A stretch of DNA of 63,325 nucleotides, counting the filler, from Platydemus manokwari (taxonomy: Eukaryota), in NCBI GenBank assembly GCA_037951405.1. It is 6 parts of 6 records of this genome, joined end to end, with 100 filler letters (N's around TTAATTAATTAA, not from the genome) between each part and the next. Parts side by side here need not be neighbours in the genome. Positions count along the whole stretch, not along the records: positions 12,932 to 22,125 come from JBBMOY011285206.1; positions 22,226 to 31,292 come from JBBMOY011304762.1; 4 more parts are not named here. The stretch is one strand, 5' to 3'. Positions within the stretch are counted from its first letter, which is position 1. Every line of letters starts with the position of its first letter. Shown here one piece after another: positions 12,932 through 26,699 of the stretch. The position numbers and the translations under genes are program-made. A model generated the notes under the pieces. The model made no database searches and was not told where the DNA came from. It was given only the letters and a program-made list of their open reading frames with translations.

Positions 12932-15839
12932 AAATAATAAACTTTTTTAAAATTATAAAACCGTAGTATTACTTAAGCAATGCTTAACAATTATTATTTT
13001 TAGTTAAATTATAAAACCATGTTTATGAATTGAACTGATTTAGTCTGAAAATATCATTCATCATCAGAATTAAAACACAGAAAACATCATTATCTATTTA
13101 TTGATGGACATGTTAAGTAATGTTGGTGAGCAAAGTTCATAGATCATATGCGTTCAAATATTGGATAGAAAATGGGAATTATTAATGTAATCGTCTGGAT
13201 TTTGTTCTGGAATTGAGAAATACAATTTCATGCAATCACTGCTAATCAGTGATGACCCATGTCATTTCTCTAATTTATATTTAGCTGCACTTTTATTATT
13301 GATTTTTTCTAAGATATCAGTACTTGAAAATTGTGAGGATTTTAAAAATTGATTTAGTTTCTGAAGATTTTTTAGTGAGATTTTTCATTTTAAAAAAGTA
13401 TTGATTTTTTAAAATAAATGTAATTAACATAATTTTGTGTTATGATTTTTCAATTTTTTCCCTACGCGTGGTTTAATACATTGTAGCGGCTTTCAAGAAT
13501 AAAAAAATGTAAGTTGAAAAAATGTATTTTAACGATAAGTGATAATAATATACTTTCATTGCTATTATTTTTTTGTTACAGGTCAAAGGTTATGTTTAAT
13601 ATAGCACTAGATTATGCCAACAATCTGATTCATATCAAAATATAGATTGCATGTGCAGATCAATAGGAATGAAAACAAATGCAGTATTACAACAATAATT
13701 AATTATAGATATAGTGTTAGATTAACCTTAAAATGATTCAAAACAAACTTAATTAATTCGTAACTAATCTTTATCTTGATATGCTTTGTACAATGACATT
13801 GGATATACACTACCGAATCTCATACAACAGACTCTTGTCCAACACAAGAAACAGTCAGGGAATTTATTTATTGACGGTTGTAGTTAATCCGTTTTTGAAA
13901 GTTTTTCTCCATATTTGTGAGTAAATAATCATTAAAATTTGGTGAAATTTAAATGTCACCTCAGTTATTGGCTCCCCACAGGCATTCAGAAAGAATAACA
14001 ATATTTCAAAATCCAAAATTCGCCGTAGATTCGATACAATATAAAATATATTGTCTGAAATATTGATTAACAAATGCGCTTTCAGCACTACACAATAAAA
14101 TCTAATAGATTTTGGTTTCGAGACGTTTTGGGTAGACTAAAAGTTAGTATCGGTCTAAGTTTCAATAGTATCATGGTTTTTCTCTTTATCTTCTATTCAC
14201 AATCACATTATACATTAACGATAATTTCCCAAAGCTATTATACTACATAACCTATTGACAACGATGAAACAATTATTTATTTAATATTTACCACAAATAT
14301 AAGCTAAATTATTTAATAGATATAGGAAATAGATATAGGAAAAAGTGAACGCTATCTTATCGATAACGTAAGAATCGGTGCGATTTATTTCACTTTAAAT
14401 ATTCGAATTTTTAGACATAACTTCACGGAATTCGAAACTAGATCTGTCGAACTACATCAGTTATTATGTTACTTCAAATGATAATGATTCAATTCGCGTC
14501 AAATATCGCAAAATTCAGAAATTACAATATTTGCACTCGAAATATTCGATAAAATTCACGGATGCAAAATTAGATTCTAACTCTGCTTTCTGGAATTAAC
14601 TCTTAGTAATTTTACTTCAATTCTTTTGGATTTCGTTTTTACGTTTTTTGCAGTAGTATCTGTGTGTCGAAAGTTGATGAATTATTTTATTGGTCTGATT
14701 TTCTGTTTATTAAATAAGAATGGTTTATTTTATTTTATGACCTTTTATTTCTATTGATTTTAATTTGCTATTCTGAAATGTAAATGATTGGCTTTAATTC
14801 GTGGCACAATATTCATTTATTGATTTTTATCTCCTTTATCGGTAATTATCATTTTATTAATAAAAATATTAGCATATCGTTTTGTAAATTATAATTTAAA
14901 TTGATATAAATAACACCATTCAATCAATACTTTTATGCTGAACATCATTTAGTTATCAAATTTCAATCTCGAATTTCAAAAAGTTTTATTCACCACAATC
15001 CATAAAATTGCCCTGTAAAATTATCTACAATCATTCATAACAACCAATCATAAGATGTGCAGATTAATTCTAAGATAAAGGTATTGGAATACAAATATTA
15101 TGATGTCAAATGTTCTTATGTTTATTGTACTAATTTTTTGGATTGACCAGATCCAAAACATTCGAGTCATTACGCACCAAAACAGATCGGCTATAACAGG
15201 GGAAATTGGAAGCAGTCTCACTACTTTCACCACACAAAATTGCTACACAAGAAAACGCCTTTCAAAATTTCTTGTGTTAATATTCTTAGTCAATTATTTA
15301 AAGGTCTGATAAATGATAAAAGTTAAAGTAAAATGATAAACGATGGCACATAATCATACAAGATATAATGGAATTTTATTCCGGCGATAAAAGTTTATTT
15401 ATTCCTTCCCTTTGTAAGAATAACTAAGTAATAGATTGATTAAACATTCAATGATCACTTAGAAAAACCCCCTTTCGGATAAGATAAGTAGAAAGTCTTT
15501 TCCATCATTGTCAGTTTTCTTTCACAGTTCAGACGAAGCAAAGTCAGTATTTCATAATAATAATCATAATTATTTATAAATATTAATAAAAATCGAACAA
15601 TAATTCATCTCAACATATTTTATTATTTATTTTAAAACATAAAAACATAATAGAAACACTTAATTGCCATAATCACTTGCTTCCACTACTCTTCAGGTAC
15701 CTTAAAACTTTATTACAACTTTAAGACCAATCTTTTTAGAAGAAAACAATATTGTTGAATGGCTTTATTTAAATACTGTAAATTAAATCTAAATAAAAAC
15801 AAAAATATTTATAATTTTACTTTTGAAAGTTATGATGTA

Positions 15840-16017
15840 CCAGGTGTACCGGTATGAAATGAGCGTTTTTTGTTAAAAACTAATTTTGAATGGAAATGTA
15901 AAAAACATTTATTATGTCATTCCAACCAAACAGAATAAAAATTAAGGCTTGTTCACAACAAATCTTCCCTACCAACATATTTGTATCTTAACGCTCATTT
16001 CATACCGGTACACCTGA
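15840..16017. mobile_element. Mariner (mauritiana/Mos1-like) MITE, 178 bp
   Basis: 28-bp TIRs (C/T)CAGGTGTACCGGTATGAAATGAGCGTT, identical to each other except at the first base. TA on both sides. Confidence 0.9.
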
Positions 16018-17715
16018 TATATATAATGAATACCTTGCTACAGGTTAAAAATCGATCAATATGGATGCATTTTCCTACAATGAATATAGATTTTTTAAAG
16101 ATTATTTTCCCCAATTAATAACAAGATAATTTTGAGTAAATCAATGGATGTCCTTGGTTGATTTAAAGGTATGAAGTCAGTTGAAGGACATGTTGAACCA
16201 AATATTTTAATATCTCAATTACAAAAATCGATACTCAGTTTTCTGCAAATCAACACTGCAAGCCATGATTATTTTATAAAGCACCTATTGAAAACGAATT
16301 GAAACATCACAACTTTGTATTTTTTCATTTTTTCCTATGGAAGCCTTAACATTTTTCTAAGTTTATTTTTATCAGATTTTTATCAACCAATTTGATAACA
16401 ATATGGATTTAGTTTGGGTAAGCACTTCCAAAATTTTAGCTATCTCCCATTGTCTATGTATGTTATAATATAATTTTAAGATCCAGTATTCAAAATACAG
16501 GCATGCAATTTTATAAAAATATTATTTATATCTATTTATTCGTTTTAAACGGATTACACTCAATTTTTTGAGTAAATGCTCTAGATTATTTCCATTCAGT
16601 TTCTCGATACTTACCACAAAAAGCTATTATTTTAATTTAATATCAGACACTTATTTTAAAGTAACATGCATCCAAAGTCAGTCTTGATATTAATTGATAT
16701 TTCTACCCCCAATTATCTTTTCTATCAGGAGCTATTTGAATAGTGAACTGAAATACCTTCGGGTCTCTTGAATTTCGAGCTTAGTTAGACTCTCGAAATA
16801 ATATTTAATAAATAATATTTTTAAAAAATAAATGCTATTCATCAACGATATCCCAACTCAAGTTAATTGATCAACACATGAAAGCCTATTGTTAAATTCA
16901 GGATGTATTTTCTTTCATGAAGTAGAAATTAATGACCCATCTCCAATTTCTTAAAATGTGCTTTTAAAAATATTAAAAGTAATAGAAAAGCTATTATATT
17001 TTTTTCTAAATTTATTTTTCTCTATTTATTGACAAAGATATCGTTATAATAATAATTATTATTGTAGTTATAATTACTATTATTATTATCATTATGATTT
17101 TTACTTTTTAATATTGTTATGACTGATAAATTAATTATAGAAACCAGATATTTGACAACCAGGAATTATTAAAAATAAATTTTATCATTCCTATTCAAGT
17201 TGCAGCATTTCTCTTTTCCTCTTTTTTTTACAAATTTAAAGATAAAGTTTGTCGTTCAATTTTCCATTAAATTTTTGTTGAGAAACTGTAATCATTTGAC
17301 TTTTTCTCTTTTCAATTTCGCTTTGATTTCTGAGATTTAAAAATGTAATCCATCAGTTTTTTCCTAGGTATTGTTTTTCAATCAAAAATCAATATAAGCC
17401 AAGAAATTGGAATTAGAAGAGAAAATTTGAAAATTTAAAATAGCTCGAAGGAAAATTTTTAAACAATAAAATTAAAATCATACTTCATCAATATCTTATT
17501 ATTATAGTGAATTTTTTGGTAAATATCGATTATAAAATTTACAAAAATAAGATAACACATTTGCATCTATATGTTGAGAAAATACCTTAAATTTTTGTAA
17601 AGATTTTATACGAAATTAAAGATTTTCTAAACAAAATCTATATTGTATCTGGTGTCTAATTTCCTCGGTTTAAAACTTAGCTTAGAAAGTTTTTTTTTGT
17701 TTTATCAGCCTTTTA

Positions 17716-18235
17716 TGTGATTCGCTTTTTAAGCTTTGAATTTCAAATAAAAAAACTTTGACAAAATGAAAACGAAATTACACATTGGAATCCTTGTTTT
17801 GGCACTTTAAACATTTGCATGCCTACATATCCATACAGCCTTAGCAATTAACCAATCACAGCTGAGTTAGATGAAAAACAATAATTGGAAAAATGCAAAT
17901 AGCCAAAGAATTGTCCAATCTCACACATACAAAAACCAATAACCCCAATAGAAATATGGAAAATTAAAGATCAAATCAAAATGTGATACAAATGTGACAC
18001 AAAAGGCTACACACAGATTTCGAGTATAAATATGGATGTAAGAATGGCTAACTGTCAGTTGGAAACCAAATTTTGATTACATTTTTTGAGACATTGTATT
18101 GAATTTCTTAGTAGTACTGAGTCTTAGGCGTGTAGTCAGAACTGAAGTTTTTGTTGTAATTTTGTGAAATAAATCTTTTGTTTTTTGGATTCAATAATTG
18201 CTTGGTCATTCAGGATCAAGACTTCCATAACTACA
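17716..18235 (+). mobile_element. Possible solo LTR (~520 bp)
   Basis: TGTGATT...AACTACA termini and flanks TTTTA/GTTTA (4/5 TSD). CCAAT boxes, TATAAA (18025) and AATAAA (~18168) occur in LTR order. Confidence 0.4.
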
Positions 18236-19382
18236 GTTTATTGAAGAATTTCTGACAATAATGATTATTGCGTTAAAAATGGAAGACAAAATGATATTGT
18301 TAAAATAAATAAATTTTTGAAGATTCGCTAATCGAATCACAAATCTTTTGTTTTTTAAATTTAAGTGGATTATTCTTTTGTATTTTGGGTTTCAAATATG
18401 TTGTTACATTTTCCGAACACGTATGTATTATCAAGTAGTAGCATTTTATACCAATGTGTTTCATACCATATGATATATTGGAAAAACTCTTACTTTAGAA
18501 TCTACTCACATATTTTCCGGCATATTTGACACTGCAACTTCACTTTTTAGAGTCTGAGATTAATCATTCAGTATATGTGAACTCTATCTCTAAATAGCGC
18601 TTTTCCTAGGTTAACATGACCTAGTGAAATAGTTCACCATGCAAGACTTTCATAGACTCAAAAGTGACATACTGGATCACATAGTCTCATAGGCTCTAAA
18701 TAAATAGTCCACTAAATCGACATAGTTTTCCGCTTTCTTGTTTCAAAAGAATTTTTTATGAAGTTTCTTTTAAAGTTATTTTATGCTTCTTTTTCAAAGT
18801 TTCTCAATATTGAAGAAAAATTATGTTTCTTAATAAATTGACTATTTTGTGGACCTGCGAAAATTATTTTTGAAAGTAAACAATCATCAGTGGATTCATA
18901 AGAATAATTTTAATTCTTCATTATGGTTATTATCTATTATCAAAATCGGAAGAAAGTATTTAAAAATACACCAATTTTTACCGACCATGAAAGACTGACA
19001 TTTTCTGAGAAGATTTCACTACTGATATTGATCGAAGTTCTGTTTAGAAGTTTTGAAATTTTTTTCTCAATTCTTCTATATCTTTCGTCCATCTGAGAGT
19101 CTGTTATCTTCTGTTGGTCAATCTCGAATGAAAACTGGGAAAGTTGGTATAGCGCTTATTACCTGTTGGTGTGTGTTAGCTGCTTCTATTTGAAAAACCA
19201 AAAATTTTTAAAACCGGACATCACCATTCTATTTCAATATAAATATTTAAACAAAAAAATTTAATTTTATGTAAATATGATTTTATACAAAATTAGAATT
19301 AAATTAAATTTACTTAATAAATCTCACACTCCTCTTTCTTTAAAATATTTTGTTGATTGCTTCTTTATTGAATACTCTACCT

Positions 19383-19833
19383 CAGTGGTTTCCAACCTGT
19401 GGGGCGCGAGACTGTTTAAAAGGGGGTATGCAGCCGTTTCCAAAATATCATTTTCGAATACAAACCAAATAAGTCGAATAGGTGTCAAAATATGAATCAG
19501 CAGTATACGTAATATATTGATATAATTGCATTGAATTTTAAATTAATATAAAGTCATTGATTTAAAATAATACCCCTTTTAGATGGATAAATACGTAACT
19601 GGCTTGAAAAGAAAATTAAATGAGGCAGAAGCAGAGTGCAAAAGAAAAGATGATGAAAATATATTATATTTTTACATAATATTGTATATTATTTTGTAGC
19701 CCATCAAATAAATTATAATATCAGTTGAGTATTTATTAGATAAATTAATGGGACACAACAATTTGTTTTTTAAAGAGGGGTGCACCAATTTTTTCAAAAG
19801 GGGGGCGCGGTACAAAAAGATTGGAAATCACTG
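19383..19833 (+). mobile_element. hAT Charlie-like non-autonomous deletion derivative (451 bp)
   Basis: TIRs CAGTGGTTTCCAAC / GATTGGAAATCACTG and 8-bp TSD CTCTACCT/TTCTACCT. G-rich subterminal motifs. A residual transposase-like start MDKYVTGLKRKLNEAE lies at ~19583. Confidence 0.85.
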
Positions 19834-22029
19834 TTCTACCTATTTCATTACGCGAAAACTCTAATTCTTCTATTTTTTTAATATCTGCTTTTACATATCC
19901 ATTATATCTTCTTTTATATCCCCTTTTTATCTCTTCTACAACTTTATATCTTCCTTATATCTTCTTTTTACGCTCTCAATATAGTCTCAGTATCTCCCTC
20001 CCTCTTTTCTATAATGGTCGCCGAGTTAGCTGCTATATAAATATATCTCAACACAAGAGGATATGGTTTGAAAATTAAATGAACCCAAACCGAAAATCAA
20101 TAACTATCACATTTTAAATATTTAATTTCAGTCACATGATTGTCGATCATTTGAAAGTTTTACGTTACAAATAAATACAAATGAATATTTTGGTATTATT
20201 TTGACTCGCTTTGGTGAAGACCATTGTTTCGTTTTGAACTTTTATTGATCCGAATATTGATTATTTATAGAATTTTTCTAGTATTTTGACATCAGAGATT
20301 CGGTATTTTTGTTATATATTTATATGTATTATTAAAACCAAACTGTTTTTCAGATCTTAAATCGAAATTTCTAAGAGAAATAAATGTTTATAGATTTATT
20401 ATTTCATTGATTTTGATGTGCAGGAAATTTTTTACACATCGCCATCTTTCTAAACTATTAATATTATTTTAGTGTTACCGTTAGGTGAGTCATTTTTTAT
20501 ATATGGAAACAACTAAGCACTAATGATTCCGATAAAATAATTATTTAAGAGTGTCAGTTCGAGTTTTCTTTTGATATCAGACGCGTAAATGGCCAATTAT
20601 ATCGATAGTTAATGAGTTGTTTAATAATTGTTTTGCAAGAGGTAATTTGTTTCCTTAAACGGTTATGTAGATGAGGAAATATATTTTTGGATCACACAAT
20701 GATAAATGGAAACTCATAAGTGTCTGCTAACAACCTGATAAAACAAAGCCCCGAGTTCAGATGGTGATGAAATTAATATTGATTTACTATTGAAAATGTA
20801 TGATATAAATATAAATGTGTGTTGTATGGGATATCGTGATTTGAAACCTTTATTACAAAATGTGATCATTACCACCTTGTAGAGTTGATTGCTACTATGT
20901 AGAATAATAAATCTCTTAAGGCTCTAATAGGCTGTAATGATCGGATGTAGTTATTACGAAGGATAGATACAGGATTTGTAAATATGTTATGAATAAGTTA
21001 ATACTCAATGAGTTGACCTGAAATATTATAATATTGGACTCTAAAGATATTTTATATTTAGATTTCAGGAACTAACCCTAACAGATTAATTGTTACCCCT
21101 AAAATTTTAATAATTATCACCACCTTTATCGCCTAACAGCTGAGCACTAGCTGCCTTTAACTATGGATGTAGGTATGAAATAAGTGGAGAAAGGTTGAAT
21201 TTGAAAAAATTAAAGAAATATTGTCCTGGATAAACCTGCTCGATTGTAAATGTAAATTATTAATTGAAAAATATATCGTCAAAATAATAAGGGAAGCTGA
21301 TGAAATTGGATTACTTTTGATAAAATTTTTCTGTGGAGTACTGCTGATAATCTGTGTCGAGGTTTCGAATTTTGAGATCAACTCAGATTTCTGAATTTTT
21401 TATTCGATTTTTGTTTAATCAATAATTGTTCAGTACAGTGAGAGCTTACTCTGATTTGACTTTATTAAATTTGTGCTTTGATGAGGATACGATGTGCAAG
21501 GCGTAAGCTTATAATTTATGTTTGATTTTTATGCAAGGCTGATTTGACCATATGATTTTGTGCCTTTGTGTAATCATGTGTCAGTTGTGGGAATTTATAA
21601 TAATTTTGAAAATTAAAATTTATCCCATTTAAATAAAAGATGAATTTGTTTAAATCAATGTCATTGTAATATAATTTGATGTTCTGACTTTTCAGTTCGT
21701 TTTCACTGCGTGCGTTATAAAATAGTAGCGGTTTATATCGGTAATAATGATTGCATAATTTTGTGCGATTATCACTCAGAACAGTTTTGCTTAAATAGTA
21801 TTAACTGTGTTTGCTTTGATTGGGTTTGTGATATCAGGAGAATATTGATTGATTTTCTGGCAGCCATGGTTTTTCGAATCATAGGGAGCATATACCAACA
21901 AACGAATTTCGGGAATTTATTAACTTTCGAAAAAGGTTAGAAAATTTTATGATCTTTACATGGTTCTCATATTTATTATCTGATATGTATTATCGCTTTA
22001 AATAGGGACTACAGAAATTATTCACAGGA

Positions 22030-22125
22030 GTTAATATTATTATTATTGTTATTATGACTATTATTATTTGCTATTATTATCATTATTATTATTATTATTA
22101 TTAATATCATTATTATTATTATTAT
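22030..22125. repeat. (ATT)n microsatellite abutting a gap
   Basis: Direct read. Similar tracts at ~17045-17095, 31393-31467, 48990-49036 and 56965-57040. Confidence 0.9.
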
Positions 22126-22225
22126 NNNNNNNNNNNNNNNNNNNNNNNNNNNNNNNNNNNNNNNNNNNNTTAATTAATTAANNNNNNNNNNNNNNNNNNN
22201 NNNNNNNNNNNNNNNNNNNNNNNNN

Positions 22226-22364
22226 GTTGGCCTGGTTTCACATACGATTTTTTGCGCTTCGGGTTGTCGTAATGAATCCATTTTTCATCGCCAGTAATGA
22301 TTTGATGCAAGAACGACTTCTTTTTATGACGCTCGAGCAGCATTTCAGATATGCAAAATCGTCT
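22226..22364 (-). mobile_element. Mariner transposase fragment (mauritiana-like), truncated by a gap
   Basis: Open frame RRFCISEMLLERHKKKSFLHQIITGDEKWIHYDNPKRKKSYVKPGQ contains the TGDEKW first catalytic Asp motif. Confidence 0.9.
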
Positions 22365-23733
22365 ATTTACACATAATATATTCGATTATATTTATTTAAT
22401 TAATAACAAAAGCAAAAATTAAAGATATCAACATCATTTCATTGAGGTTTCATACTACTCGAGTGTCCACTATTTGGATTCGAACTGCTTAATCGTCCGC
22501 CAATTGAATTCATTATCGAAAGATCTTCAATATTCTCTCTTCTTATAGAATTTTGATTGGTTCTGGAGAATATAATAAGAGTATATCTCAATTGTTTATG
22601 TCTTGATTGTGGGTAATATTGAGATAGTTTATTTTTCTTATTAATTGAGCTTCGACCGTGACTTAGATTTTACTAACAATTTCAATTATGTGGCTTTTCC
22701 AATACTGGAATCATTTCGTTGGAATGATAAGTGTTTTGTACTCTATAAGAGATTTATAGAACATTAAAATTGTTAGAAATTTAAAATCAGATTTCTATAA
22801 AAAATATAATTTGTAATTAATCAATAATATGATTTTGCGACTTTTCAAAGCATCATGAAAAATAAAGATTCATAATTTGTAAAAAATTATGGTGATTTAG
22901 TCTGGAATAATTATTAGAATTTGTTTTCGTCAGTCACAACTATTATAGTTCATATTCTTATGAAACGATTATGTCAGTCTTTGTGACTTCGTCAGTGATT
23001 CGTTCTTAATTCTGAATATTTTTATTATTATCTTGTATTGTGAATTCACAGTTTTGTTTACACTCGAAATTTCGCATTATGAAATATCTAGGAAATTTTC
23101 ACTGTTCGATTTTGTTGTCTATGGTACGTTTTGGAATAAAATTCAAGATGTATAAAGATTTGATTTTTCTAAATAATAAATCAGTTTCAGACACTTGAAG
23201 TGATTCTCAATTTGACAAAATCAATAATTATTATAAAAAGCTAAACATTAGTAGAATAAAGCAGTTCTTTCATTTTGTCAAACAAACTATATTTAAACAT
23301 TGAAATATCTAAGAGAAAGTTACAAAGTCATTATCAAAGTCATTTTTTACACTTATAGTAGTATCATATAAAAAATATATGTTAAATTCACATCCGTAAC
23401 AATAAATATAAAAATCGAGATATCATTTGATGTAATTTCAGGAGGATCTAAACACTGTCAAATAAATCACAATAAACTCAAATGGACATCGCTGATTCAA
23501 TTACAATTTATTTCAATTGTTATCAAATAATATTTGAATATTTTAACAAGTTTTATGGCTTTTGATTTTTAATAAATGAAAACATTTTATTTTACAATCA
23601 GTTGCTTAATATTAACGTTGGTTTGAGTCATATTTTCATCCAATCAGTTTTTGCTTGTACGTATCCAATTTCCATTTGTCATTACAAGCAATAAATCGAA
23701 TTATATTTCACAACAAATCTCACTTATTCACAG

Positions 23734-24799
23734 ATGATTAAAATGATGATTTTATATGTTATATCGAGTGCCTTGATGCTTGATTCGATAAAGTCTGAAT
23801 CGAATACATTTATTAGGAAGCTAACCTGGGTTGGTAATTCAACTGAAATTAAATTTGATATCGACATTCTAAACTGTGCATTGATATGTTTGATGAGAAA
23901 ATGTTTTGGATTCGTGCAGCTTAACAATCAATGTTTGATATATGGAAGATTTGATCATTGTGACGAAATATTGGAACCGAATCTGATACACATTTATATT
24001 ATCGATACAGAATGGGATAAGGTAACACTGATAGTTATCGTGTATTTTTTTGAATTTTATTAGAAATATTAACCAACGATAGTAGGTAATGTTTTGTAAA
24101 TAGTGTGTAATTGAAAATGTTAAAATCGAGATGATTTGCATAATATTTATTTATATTTATTAATTTAATTTTATTATTACTGTTATTGTTATTCAGTTGA
24201 TGATCTTGCGGTTATCCACTCGTTTTAATATTTTAAGAAATGTCAGAACAATATATTTTAACGGTAGCTCATCGGCTTTCTCATCAATAAACGCTACCTA
24301 TAGCCAATCAATACTTGATATCGAAAATAGACACCCGATAATTATGAGTGGAACATTTAAAAAAGGAAGAGCTTTGGCCTTTTATAAAGAAGAATTCATT
24401 GAGTATATGTTTGATAAAAAACGACCGGGTTTTGATGCACATCTATATGCTAATATGGCTAAGTGGTTGACTAATGATGAATGTACAAATTTAAAGGCTT
24501 GTTACATTTATATCGATAAATATAAATCGAATTTAAATCGAGACAATCTCGTTGTGATGTTTCCACAAAGATTTGCCAAAGTTGATACAATTGATGCAGA
24601 ACTTTTAAAGAAATTAGAAAGCGGAAATTGGGGAATCATATTCTCAGGTACGTACTGGACTGGAATCAACCCTAATCAAAAATATTTGATAAATAAATTT
24701 GGATTTTGTCCGACGAAATTGAAAATCAAACTTAATACTAAATTGGATTTGAATTGGTGTCTGAAAATATCTCAAGCTTCGAGATTTAAATGTGGTTAA
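23734..24799 (+). CDS. Putative secreted protein (296 aa): signal peptide, PAN/apple-like Cys module, TCAF/FAM115 N-terminal-like domain
   Basis: Exons 23734-24021 and 24197-24799, joined by a phase-0 GTAAC..CAG intron. Hydrophobic N-terminus; CALICLMRKCFGFVQLNNQCLIY; SGTFKKGRALAFYKEE..LYANMAKWLT..GNWGIIFSGTYW. The gene model is solid; the domain calls are from remembered patterns. Confidence 0.7.
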
Positions 24800-26699
24800 A
24801 GAATTTTATTCGAAAGACTTTTAAATGTGAAAATCATTGTATGTTGTATAGACATAATTTATTTGTTGTGACATTCATTATAAAATATATTTAACAATAT
24901 CACATCGATATGAGATGTTGTGACATAAGTGGTTATCAATGTACTTTTTTGAATATTAAATAAAATATTAGATTGTTTTACTCCAATGCCATTGTTCAGG
25001 ATTTCATGGAGTCTGAACTAAATAGATAGAAAAGTTATTTTTAAATGTCTTTAACTGAAACTGTAATTCGCTGGATCAATGGAGGTACAAAAATAATTTT
25101 TAGATAGTACCGCTAAATATATTTCACATCCCGGTTAAATGTAATGCATTCAACATGATAATTTAGAGAAACGAAAAAGAATGGTAGAGTTTATCTAATT
25201 TGTTAAGTTAAGTAACTTCTTGGGTCTTCCACATGCAGAACACAACTATATGTTATTTAATCGATTCCTAAATGTTAAACAGGTATACTCACTGAAATTA
25301 ATATTTTTGCATCAAATACAAAATTTTATTTAGTCCAATTAAGTAAAGCTTCTAATAAAAGTCCAATAATTAAAAAACTAAATGAAATAACTGTTATATT
25401 TCACTTATTTTGTTATACAATATGACGTCATTAGTATGAATTCAAATTACGAAGAATATTATCATACATTAATTTTGCAAGTAAAGATATAGCAAAACTT
25501 TATTATCTAGAAATAATAGACCCAATCTAACAGCAATTTGTTAACTTTGTTTACATCTTGTTTATATCATCAATCTATTTAACTTTGATATTTAAGAAAA
25601 GAAAATGAAAATCAGTTTCTTCCAAAAATAAAATGTAATGAAAAATTTTAAAAATATAATTTGATCTTTCAATTCTTAAAGATAATTATAATTAGATATT
25701 TGAAAGAGAAAAATCTTAAGACTGGTGGCCTATATTCGATATTCAACAATTGAAAGTGAAAATATAAAATAAAAACATGTGGTCAAAATTTTAAAACTTG
25801 TAAAACTTAAGTTGGAATGACAGTAGAAAACCTGAAAAATGTATCAAAAAAATTCAAAGATGATGAAAGTATTTTGTTTAATATGAAATAATTTAGATTT
25901 TATTTTCCCTGAAGTTTTGTGCATTGAAAATTTTGAAATGAAAATCCAAATTCTCAAATTTATAAATTTCAAATAATAAAATTATTTCATCGCTCTATTT
26001 AAAAAATTTGAATAAAAATAAAAAACAATGAACGTGTACCAATTGTTATTTTGTTGGTTGGATTTTTAAATAGAAATTCTATCATTGAATTAGAAAGATA
26101 TGTTTCAATATTTTCTGTTAGCATATGAACATTATTTTGCTAAACAATTGTTTTGCTTTCTTTTGCAAAAATATATCAAGAGCAAATATGAAGAATACAG
26201 ATTTTTCACAAAACAGTGTGAAATTTAAATTAAATATAAAAAATCAAATATTTACACAACTAAATTTGGTTGGTTTAGAATAAAGGCTAAAATAAAGCAA
26301 ATCTGTAATCTGATCTCTTATTTTTAATTACATACAAGAAAATGATTTTAAAATTTATGACAGAAATAAATGGTATTCTTGTCGGATAAATCGTGCTAGA
26401 TATATCTTTTCCATTAATATTTTAAAAAGTTTTTCACACTGTGTGGTTTATAATTTCAATTACAAAATGTTATTAATTAATTATATTAAAATTATTTAAT
26501 ATTTGCATTAACCTTGCTCAAACTATTACTGTTACCTCTCAAAAAAATATACTGAAAAATGAATTGAAATTTTAAATTTTTAAAGAATGCTGAAAATAAT
26601 AGAGTATTTGTTAGGAAAACATGTAATATGGAAATATATTATTTATGGGTTAAAAAATTATGACTTTTGAATCCAACATAAAAAATGAAGAAGTGTTGT

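Noticed and set aside
17766-18030. Signal-peptide-like MKTKLHIGILVLAL* frame
   Set aside because: Several stops, and it lies inside the putative solo LTR.
20500-21940. Coding-like decayed sequence with ORFs 21157- and 21710+
   Set aside because: Possibly an old LINE relic, but I found no diagnostic motif I could defend.
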